From Eledone cirrhosa (Eukaryota): 64,000 nucleotides of DNA. The position numbers and the translations under genes were made by a program. The stretch lies in assembly GCA_964016885.1 (NCBI GenBank), contig OZ024742.1, forward strand, positions 192,634,001-192,698,000, written 5' to 3'. Every line of letters begins with the position of its first letter. The stretch's first letter is position 1. The notes under the pieces are model-generated. The model was not told the origin of the DNA, did no database searches, and saw only the letters and a program-made list of their open reading frames with translations. Positions 54,372 to 64,000 of this stretch are shown in pieces.

Positions 54372-55411
54372 TAGAGTTTCTTTGTGATAATTGGTCTTAA
54401 AATGACATCGATCTTAAAATGACATTTTCTTTTTTACTTGAAAGTTACAATTCCATCGAATAAATATCGTTGAATCTTCGCAGATCAACAGTTTTGTTTT
54501 TTAAAAATCGATTTCTTTTTTTTTTTCTTGCTGTTTCTATTTAATGAATGTTCTATTTTCCATTCAATAACATTTCTGTTTAACCATAATACCATTCCAG
54601 AATAGAAGTGTTGCGAGTTAAATTTTTGTGATGTCTCCTGACCAGGATTTACAAAAACTCCCGTAAATGCATACAAGTGAGCCTAAAATAACAAAAATGT
54701 TAAAATATGCATCCAAATCTTTGGGCCCATCGGGCTAGAGCATATCCCTCTTCTATTGGTGATAGACGAATGAGATTACAAGACATAGTAAATGGGATGC
54801 ATTTCCATTGTAGGGAAAAACCACGGCTGTTGAGTGTATTTTTGTTCAGCTGAGTCGATTGGAGAAACTCCAAATAAAGTACTTTGCACAAGGACACAAC
54901 GCACAGCTTGTCCAAGAAATAGAACTCACCACTTTACGAACACAAGTCGAACACATTCACATGATAGTGTTTGATCGCAGTTTCTCTACATATCTTTGGT
55001 GTAATGAATACCATGACCAAAATAATACATTATGACCATATATAAACTAAATAAGCTCTCTTGCAATAGATTGTACATTGTTTTCCTTGACTTTTTATCT
55101 ACGGATATACTGCATATATATATATATATGAGTGTGTATGTATGTTACTCGTTAGGGTGTCGAATAGAATGTTTCATGTCTTTTGTTTCGAGGATGTTTA
55201 CGTCATGATTTTAAATTTGTGGAAGCCACCTTTTCATTTAACACTTTCCTGGGTCGGTAAACAAAACAACAGCGGGGTGGGAACTGGTCGATTTAATGGA
55301 TTGGCACACCATTACCAAAGGTGTCGCAGAGTCGGACCATAACAACATAGATACAGTTGCATGTAATATATGAATACAATTGTAGATTGCATTTCAAAAC
55401 ATAGTATTAAC

Positions 55412-55602
55412 TGGCGGTGGATTGGCAGTATCGGTAGAGGGTCGGACGCCATGCTTTCAAGCATAGTTACGTCCCTTTACGATCTGAGTTCAAATCCCGC
55501 CGAGGTTGACTTTGCCTTTCATCCTTACGGGGTCGATAAAATAAAGTACCAGTAATGCATTGGGTAATTGTTGGCCTTGTGCCTAAAGTAGAAACAAGTA
55601 TT
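55412..55602 (+). mobile_element. Full-length Meta-domain SINE
   Basis: ggcggtggattggcagtatcggtagag...gagttcaaatccc...ttcatccttacggggtcgataaaataaagtacc. Confidence 0.9.
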
Positions 55603-56009
55603 AACTTACCAGAATAGTTCGGCTACCGGATGAAATTTATTGAAGTATTTCATTATGGACTTCAGACGTTCTCGTTTCAAATCCCACCGAGGTCACCGTT
55701 GTTTTCGTCCTTACAGGGCTTGATAAAATATAGTAGCAGTTAATTTGGGTCGATGTAATCGATATTCCATTCCCTCAGCATTGATACCATTGTGCTAAAA
55801 ATTAAAAACCATTCAGTCATAATACCAGTTATATTAAGTGGTATGCAGCTCTGCAAAATGTGTTTAAACTTATTGTACTGATCCGAACAGTTGTTGTTAC
55901 CACTCGAGGTGTGGAGTTGCAGGGAGATTCAAGGACACTGGAAAGTAAGAAGTTGATAGATGGTGTCGTTAAAAAGCCAGGTGTGGTGAGGGAGGAAAAG
56001 AGGAAAATA

Positions 56010-56830
56010 ATGGTTTCCGTTTTAGGCACAAGGCCAACAATTTCGAGGGAGGGGAAGTCGATTAATTCGACCCCAGTGCGTTACTGGTACTTTATTTTAT
56101 CGACCCCGTAAAGATGAAAGGCAAATCTAACCTCGGCGAGTTTTGAACTCAGAATGTAAAGAGACGTAACTATTTGCTGTAAAGCATGTTGTCCGACACT
56201 CTACCGATACTTCCAAACCACCGGCCTTGAAAAGGGGAAATAACATTAATTAATTGTTTCTACTTTAGGCACAAGGCCAGCAATTACCCAGTGCATTACT
56301 GGTACTTTATTTTATCGACCCCGTAAGGATGAAAGGCAAAGTCAACCTCGGCGGGATTTGAACTCAGATCGTAAAGGGACGTAACTATGCTGGAAAGCAT
56401 GGCGTCCGACACTCTACCGATACTGACAATCCACCGCCTTTTAATTAATAGTTGCTCGTCGCACCTAGCAAGGCCGATTGGTTAAGGAATATATTTAGCA
56501 ATCATTAGGTCCCAGGAGCGTCTTGTGAGGGTAATTGGGTAGAGGGACTGTACCTATAATGCAAAGAGCCAGTTTTGCCACACATTCTGTCTCACTGAAT
56601 CACCATGAGAAATGTGTTAAGAGTTTATGTGCCTGTGAAATGCTCTGCCAGTTTCACCTTAATTTAATTGTTCTACTTTTGGCACAAGGCCAGCAATTAC
56701 TGGTGCTTTATTTTATCGACCCCGTAAGGATGAAAGGCAAAATTGACCTCGGCGGGGTTTGAACTCAGACCGTAAAAGGGCGTAACTCCATGCTGCAACG
56801 CACGGCATCCGACCTTCTACCGATACTGCC
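56010..56830 (-). mobile_element. Three Meta-domain SINE copies (56010-56225, 56252-56437, 56668-56830)
   Basis: Repeated ttttatcgaccccgtaa.gatgaaaggcaaa core. Confidence 0.88.
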
Positions 56831-57506
56831 ATATAATTTAATGAGCAATCTGTTATATTGCTTGGAGACAAATAATCACTCTTCGTCGAAAGCGACTAAG
56901 ACCCATTTGAGACCGCTTGTAAATATGTCAGTTTTAGTAATCGAATAAATGCTTGAATATAATCTAAAACAAAATTGTAAAATTTAATTTTCAGAAAATA
57001 ATTTTTATCAACGTGTGTGTTTGTGTGTGCGTGTCTCTGTTTGTCTGTGTGCGTGAGTAATTATGTGTGTATGTGTGTGTGTGTGTGGGGGGTCTATGAG
57101 TGCATGTCTGTGATTTGTGTGTGAGTGTGTGTGTGTGTGTGCTTGTCTGTGTGTGAGTGTGTTGTGGGATGGGCGTGGGTGAAACATGTTGCGGTAGTCC
57201 AAAATATTTTGGGAGGCACTAACTTGCAGTAAGACCACCATTACTGATAAGGAAACCCCAGTGAGCCATTAAAATATTTAAATATCTTTACATAATGTTG
57301 CTTCATTATCTTAGGCAGAATAAGATGTCTCATAACGACATTCTTTCACAGTGAAGCTATATTTAATTGTTTAAATAGTTTGAGATACGACTAATTCAAT
57401 TTAGATAAATACAAGTAGAAAGCTTTGTTTGGGTAGTATCATATCACACATATACGTACCCCCCCCCCTCCGCCACAAACATGCACGCGAGCATACATAT
57501 ATATAT

Positions 57507-57626
<120 letters not shown>

Positions 57627-57676
57627 TGAGAGAGAGAGTGAGAGAGAGAGAGACAGGGTGATATACATACATACAT

Positions 57677-59348
57677 AGACGAGGAAAAACAACAACCCGA
57701 TCTAGCAACATTTGTATCAATGGCTTAATTGTTTCATCAATATCTGATGAGAACTGCTACAGATACCTGGGGATAGATGAGAACATATCCTATAATGGTA
57801 TCTGTAATAAGGAACGCGTAACCCGGGAATACTACACCCGATTAAGAAAGATATGGTCATCGGAACTCTCTGCGCAAAACAAAACAGTGGTTCACAATGT
57901 GTTTGCTGTGCCTGTCCTAACACCAACGTTTGGAATACTCAATTGGACGATAGACGAAATCCGAGTGATGATGTTGGAACTCGAAAAGTATTAAACACCG
58001 GAAAGTTCCACATCAACAGTGACATAGACCGCCTTTACTTGAAACGTAAGCAGGGAGGTAGAGGCCTAACATCAGTCCAGACAGCATTTGAATGTCGCAT
58101 CATATTCCTCCGACAAAATCTATGAACCTAAAAGCGTAGGAGCCCGTCTCTCGAGCAAGTCTATCTGTATGAAACAGATAAGATCATGACAGTTGGGAGG
58201 GAACTCCTCGAGAAGTATTCCCTGTGTGATAATCAAAAACTCACACCCAGGGAAGTCGCTCAGCAGTATCGCAGTGTATCAATGGATGAAAAACTGCATG
58301 CTTATCAGCAAAAAATCATGCATGGATATGTTGCCAGGAAGCTCCACAGTAAGAGTAATATAGATAAGGAAAGTAGTCTATCTTGGACCAACAGCCGCTA
58401 TATTGGCTCCCACTTAGAAGGATACGCTTTTGCAACCCAAGAACAGGAAATTAAAGAAATACCTGATTCACAAAAGAGATAGGGATGCAGGCAAAACACC
58501 TAGATGTGATAACAAGTGCAGACGCTGTAGAATTAATATCGAAGATGTCACCCATGTCATAAGCAGCTGTCCAAAGATGTCACCGCGGTACTATCTACCT
58601 ATGGGGCATGATGTAGTTGCCAAAACACAGTACAATGCAGTTCGTAGAAAAGATAGCCCCGAGAATAAACACATTAAAACCTACAGCATTGTGGAAGACA
58701 TAGATATACATAATATGAAAGAGTACTGATGGAATGTTCCAGTAAAAACCCCAATAAAATGCAGGCATAACAGGCCAGATATTATGATATGGGACAGGGA
58801 AAAGAAGGCAAGCACAGTAGTGGAAGTTAGCTATCCAGCATATGCCAATATGATATCAAAGATTAGCGAACAGGAGAATATTTATGCAGACCTGATGAAA
58901 AATCAGCAGATACTCCACCCTGATTATACCTTCAGATTTATGCCTGTGATTATTGGAGCACTGGGGTATGTTAGTAACTGCCTCAATACAAATCTCGAGA
59001 AGCTGGGCTTCACAGGAACAGAAAGGACACAACTAGTTAGGAAATTAAAAGTACAATCCATTAATGGAACAGTAAAAATATGTAAAAGACTCCAAACATT
59101 TTCCAGCTAATAACTGCATATACACATGTATAGATACTAAGCATATGCACATGCACACATACAACTCAAAACATGCACATCCACACATACAATAACATCC
59201 ATATCTACACATGCATGCATGCAGACATGCATACACATCTACCTATTTGATGTTGTGTAAATTCAAATGACAGAGTTTTGTGTCTATGTTAGAAACTGAC
59301 TCTCTCTCTATTGGCAAACATTTGTGAAATTATAAAACCAGAAGAACA
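57677..59348 (+). mobile_element. R4/Dong-clade LINE, longest copy (RT end, CCHC knuckle, RLE), frameshifted
   Basis: YRYLGIDE, DIDRLYLKRKQGGRGL, MHG, FATQEQEI, CRRCRINIEDVTHVISSCP, HNRPDIMIWD, PVIIGALG; starts after catacatacata. Confidence 0.9.
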
Positions 59349-59365
59349 TCCAAATACCCCCCCCC

Positions 59366-59405
<40 letters not shown>

Positions 59406-59849
59406 GTATATATATATGGTAGAATATCAGTCAATACAAATGATGCTTACACGTATTGATTTGATAAAGTTAACCTGGTTAAGAAGAAGCAGATAACATT
59501 TGCCATTGGAATAGTTATGCATAACAATCATTTCCATTGGTTGTAGCGACTGTAGTCTTGAAAAGCTTTAATTCAATTCACAAGGGCATTTATTATTGTA
59601 TACACTCAGTTTGTTTTGATTTCAACAACAGTGATTCCATATACTTAGGTAAGTTTAACGCAATCAAAACCTGAATTTATAATAGAATTAATAAGGTGTC
59701 GTAGCTACAGTAAATATTTACATGAATCAGCTACATATATAAAATCATAACACCATAGATTTAATTGCTTTGCTTTCATTCTGCTGTTAAATTTGAACTA
59801 AATATTTATGCTATTGAAATCCGTCCCCTGATTCTTCCTTCATTAGATC

Positions 59850-60372
59850 GGAGCTGTGATTTCTCATTTTGGAGAATTCGCTACTCTACTTGGAGCGACA
59901 CTACTATCTCTGAGCTACTCACTCTAAGGATTAACGCTACACCAAATGCATTTTGGAGGAAACCAACTTTGGCTGCTTGTATTCGCGATCATATTCTTTC
60001 GGCCATTACATGATTCATGACCATAGGTAGGGGTTGGCATGTATACGGAATTGAAGATAGCGAGTTTGGGCTGTACGCTTACCTCTCATCCTCTGATTCC
60101 CGAATGCTGAAGCTGGCGCATTATTGGATTGCTCCTGAAATTCTTGCATTTAATTCACCCTCCTAAATTCCATCACTCGTGAACACGGCTCCGAATTACT
60201 TGAACTTCTTAACCTGCTTCAATCGAACACCAATCACATATAGAGTGCACTGCGCAGGTCTTCGTGAGAGGAGAAATGTCACAGTCATAGCAGCATGGAT
60301 TTTCATTCTCATCGCGCAGCATTCAGCACCCGACCTACCAAGTTCATGTTGGAGATCACCTGGAAATTAGGT
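59850..60372 (-). mobile_element. RTE-clade fragment of the same family as 1060-1545
   Basis: Minus strand cctgcgcagtgcactctatatg...gccagcttcag...ttcaattccgtata...gatcgcgaatacaag aligns with 1177-1460. Confidence 0.75.
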
Positions 60373-60429
60373 AATCCCATGACATCCGCAAATTCCAGCC
60401 GACTGATCCTACACTCACATGTATGTTTG

Positions 60430-60690
60430 TTTGTAAATATGCTTTCTGGAATTCTTATTGTTAAAGTGGTATAAGCACATTTAGCTGGTATTTTACGTTT
60501 GACTATAGCTGTAGAAACACCTTCACCGGCTTCCAGCTCTTTGCAAACTTTGACAACAAACGACAGTGCAAGTTTCAGAAAGCGAGAAGCCACTAAATCA
60601 CTATGATCTGCCTTTAAGTCAACGTTTACAGTGTGCATTTTAATTTGATAAGTTAGCTAGATGCCTGTCATCGTTTGTCTGAAAAGAAAC
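60430..60690 (-). pseudogene. Tc1/mariner-superfamily transposase N-terminal HTH remnant
   Basis: VDLKADHSDLVASRFLKLALSFVVKVCKELEAGEGVSTAIVKRK...IRIPESI. Confidence 0.6.
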
Positions 60691-60777
60691 TTTAATATCA
60701 GAACAAGTTAGAAAAGAGTGACAGTCGTTTTAAAAGACATGTTCTGAAAGAACTGAACAATCCTATATATATATATA

Positions 60778-61157
60778 TAGGAAAATGTATGACCCAAACG
60801 GCAGAGCTCAAGCCGTTTCGACGGCTATTTCTGGACTAAATAAGAATTTTTAGCGTGGTAAATAAATAGCCGAACTATTCAAGAGGTAATTCGTTATATG
60901 GGAAGATTCTATTTGTCAAGAGGATTGGTCAAAATTTCTTGGCAACTACAATCTTCCCATATAAGGAATTACCCCTTGAAAAGTTCGGCTATTTATATAC
61001 CACGCTAAAAATTTTAATTTAGTCCAGAAATAGCCGTCGAAACGGCTTGAGATCTGCTGTCGGGGTCATACAGTTTCCTATTGCCCACTCTACTACCCTA
61101 AGTATTGAGTACTCTGGTGCATTATGGTCCATCTGGTTCCTTACCACAACTCTTTGT

Positions 61158-61158
<1 letters not shown>
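60778..61158. mobile_element. Longest family A fold-back (~130-bp diverged arms) containing the complete HHR
   Basis: Arms ~60778-60909 / ~60950-61082 plus the family A tail; (TA)n flanks. Confidence 0.85.
60971..61066 (+). ncRNA. Type I HHR with a U3:A8 core (family A)
   Basis: ACCCC-TTGAAAA-GTTCGGCTATTT...AAATAGCCGTC-GAAA-CGGC..GCTG-TC-GGGGT. Confidence 0.72.
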
Positions 61159-61188
<30 letters not shown>

Positions 61189-61278
61189 TTATAAGCTCTC
61201 ACCGTATTTTAGACTAAAGAAATTTCTAGCCTGATAGTGGGGTTTATAACCCTCGGAGAAATGGACAAAGATGAGTGT

Positions 61279-61349
61279 TGCAGTACATGGGAGTCGAACC
61301 CACATCTTTGGTTATCCAGACCACTGTGCTACCATTACACCAATACACA
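61279..61349 (-). tRNA. tRNA-like (Gln-like D-arm) pseudo-tRNA module
   Basis: Reverse complement of 61740-61810 with one difference. Confidence 0.55.
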
Positions 61350-61739
61350 TCCCGTCTCCTTCCATTCGAATTAGAAGCTATGAACTTAGCAAGTGAATGA
61401 TAAACAAGCAAATTATAAATGTAAACATGTAAGTATGTTTTTGAAACGGTGCGCGAGTTTGAAAATTAGAAATTAGGAATTATAAGCCTTCACCGTATTT
61501 TAGACTAAAGAAATTTCTAGCCTGATAGTGGGGTTTATAACCCTCGGAGAAATGGAAAAAGATGAAAAGATGAAATTTCTTTAGTCTAAAATACGGTGAA
61601 AGCTTATAATTTCTAATTTCTAATTTTCAAACTCGCGCACCGTTTCAAAAACATACTTACATGTTTACATTTATAATTTGCTTGTTTATCATTCACTTGC
61701 TAAGTTCATAGCTTCTAATTCGAATGGAAGGAGACGGGA

Positions 61740-61810
61740 TGTGTATTGGTGTAATGGTAGCACAGTGGTCTGGATAACCAAAGATGTGGGTTCGACTCCC
61801 ATGTACGGCA
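61740..61810 (+). tRNA. tRNA-like (Gln-like D-arm) pseudo-tRNA module
   Basis: A-box TGGTGTAATGG, D-arm GTGT/GCAC, TGGT-CTGGATA-ACCA arm, T-arm GTGGG-TTCGACT-CCCAT; weak acceptor stem. Confidence 0.55.
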
Positions 61811-61971
61811 ACACTCATCTTTTTCCATTTCTCCGAGGGTTATAAACCCCACTATCAGGCTAGAAATTTCTTTAGTCTAAAATACGGTGAAAGCTTATAA
61901 TTTCTAATTTCTAATTTTCAAACTCGCGTACCGTTTCAAAAACATATTTACATGTTTACATTTATAATTTG

Positions 61972-62012
<41 letters not shown>

Positions 62013-63354
62013 GAGAGTATATACATATAGATTTGTGCAAAATATTCACACACACACATATATATATATATTTGTGTGTGTGTATATATATATACATATA
62101 TATATATATTTATGTGTGCGTATGTATGTACACATATATGTGTATGTATGCATTTGTATGTATGTATCTGTGCGTATGTATGTACACATATATATATATA
62201 TATCTGTATGTATGTAATTAATTTTTGTATTCTGAAACATCAAAATACAACAATTTTTTGGGTCACTGGACTCGGGAATGTCACGACAGAAGTTTGTGGA
62301 AGTTACACAAATATTTTAGTATATTTTACCAGAGCAATCCTTATTTATATTTTACATTTTACATTTACTTACATCTCAATATAACATGGCTAAAATTCAA
62401 ATTTTGCAAAGAGAAGAAAACGGACAAATGAACTAGATACATCTCACTTTCCCCCACCACCACAATAACGTCTATACTCTCTCCCCACCATCACATGTCA
62501 TTACCCTATCTAGACTAAAGTCATCGACCTGTTGTCAAACTCTCTACTCTGTGTTGAATGTGTAACTATATATATATATATATATGTATGTATATATGTG
62601 TATATACATCACTCAGTCAAACGACCAGATTTCAACCCCAACATCTACAACAACAACACCGGCACTAATGTTTACAGCAACAACAGCTTCAGAATGAATT
62701 TATATGAACATTTACAACAACAACAGTGGCATCAAAAGATAAAAAAAAACAAAAAAAAACCCACAAACAAACAAAAAAACTCAAAATAACAAAACACACA
62801 CACAGACGCACACAGCACAACAACAACAACATCAACTGCCAGCACCACCACCACCGCCACCACCGCCGCCATCACCATCACCAGCGACCGGGCCTTAAAG
62901 AAACAACTTTAATAATAATTTTTCTGCTTTTGGCACGGATCCAGCGACTGGCCAGCGCATCACTGGTACTCTCTTTTGTTTACTCCGTGGGGATGAAGGG
63001 CAAGGTTGACCTCGGCGGGATTTAAGCTCAGAGCCATAACTCTATGCTGTAAAGCAATTATAATAATACTGGACTGTAGTACGATCGGCTTCAACTATAC
63101 AAACTCTTGAAAGTCAACAGTTGACATAATCTTGTAATCTTGTATCAGTAATGACGGTAATATATATATATATGTGTGTGTGTGTGTAAGTGAGTAGCGT
63201 GTGTGTGTTTGTTTGTATGTATGAGTGTTGCTGTGCGCGCGCGTATGTATGCGTGTGTGTGCGCTCATATGTATGCGCGTGTGTGTATGTCGTACCTATA
63301 ATTGTCAATAAGTGATTTTTTTTTTTTTTTTTTGCGCGGGGACATAGAAATAAT

Positions 63355-63630
63355 CGGACTGAATGCCCGATCGCGCAGTTAAACCACTGGGAGTGAAGAA
63401 CCCTTAGCCCTTGTCAGGGCATTCTTCTAGGAGAAGGCATCTCAGGAAACTGGGTTAACTCCGACATAAAACCTGCGGCTCAGTAGTTACCGATGATGTT
63501 GATCTTTTCTTCTTTTCGGGTTATAGCTACTGTCGCTCAGAGAGTGGGATTGGCTCAGTGCACAATCTTTCCTCACTTTAAAAATATTCGTCACGCATAG
63601 GCATTGCACGAGTGCATTAATAATTATTGA
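63355..63630 (+). mobile_element. RTE-type 5' UTR-like sequence
   Basis: ttctaggagaagg motif; homologues at 40860-41130 (-) and 53500-53700. Confidence 0.6.
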
Positions 63631-63856
63631 TAGTGTACTATTATTATTATTATTATTATTGTTACTATTATTATTACTTTTTTTTTTTTTTTTTTTTTTG
63701 TCCAATTCAATGATGTTCCAGAACAATATAAAAGAGATAATTGGCAATTTAGGTTCTGGAACAAAAAAGATAATTGGCAATAAGGGCAGGGGCCCCAGGT
63801 TATCACAACCTGGGCCCGCTTGTCATCGTGTCATTGTAATAGAGCCAAACAAGGCA

Positions 63857-64000
63857 TTTAGTCTTGGCTGCTGGAACGTACGGACGCTGCTTGACAAGGA
63901 TTCCTTGGAGCGTCCTGAACGAAGGACCGCCCTTGTTGCAAAAGAGCTTCGACGTTACGATCTTGACATCGTGGCTTTATCTGAGACGAGGTTAGCTGGA
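63857..64000 (+). CDS. RTE/BovB-type LINE AP endonuclease N-terminus (continues beyond the window)
   Basis: FSLGCWNVRTLLDKDSLERPERRTALVAKELRRYDLDIVALSETRLAG. Confidence 0.88.

Larger units (their letters stand above)
61181..61975. mobile_element. 291-bp permuted tandem unit with a tRNA-like module; ~1.3 copies on minus, then ~1.4 copies on plus
   Basis: Period 291 (61181/61472; 61573/61864); inversion junction at ~61565-61573; (TA)n flanks. Confidence 0.9.

Noticed and set aside
61740-61810. Functional tRNA-Ser(GGA)
   Set aside because: Weak bulged acceptor stem, no long variable arm, atypical base 37, and embedded in a repeat; treated as a tRNA-derived module.

Overview
Repeat-dominated, AT-rich eukaryotic intergenic or intronic DNA. 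The SINE and LINE repertoire most resembles an octopus/cephalopod genome (inference). I found no host protein-coding gene; nearly all ORF-track entries (YI, CV, HT, ER, SS runs) are translated microsatellites. Recognisable elements: a 5'-truncated Neptune-type Penelope-like element (PLE; 6942-10243, -), a Naiad-type PLE (19326-20652, -, plus a diverged 3' copy), a near-intact 5'-truncated CR1-type LINE RT (15259-17391), three R4/Dong RLE LINE copies in (CATA)n, RTE fragments, Tc1/mariner remnants, a hAT MITE with an 8-bp TSD, a Helitron 3' end and many tRNA-derived SINEs. The most notable signal is about 20 complete or degenerate type I hammerhead-ribozyme (HHR) motifs. They belong to several small non-coding element families inserted in (TA)n tracts as tandem, circularly permuted or fold-back copies. 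Highlights: a 3.3 x 592-bp retrozyme-like array whose four HHRs carry a U3:A8 covariant core; a 291-bp permuted repeat with a tRNA-like module present in both orientations; a multi-pseudoknot RNA candidate; and (TA)n-centred fold-backs at insertion junctions. All RNA structures were folded by eye and need computational and experimental confirmation.
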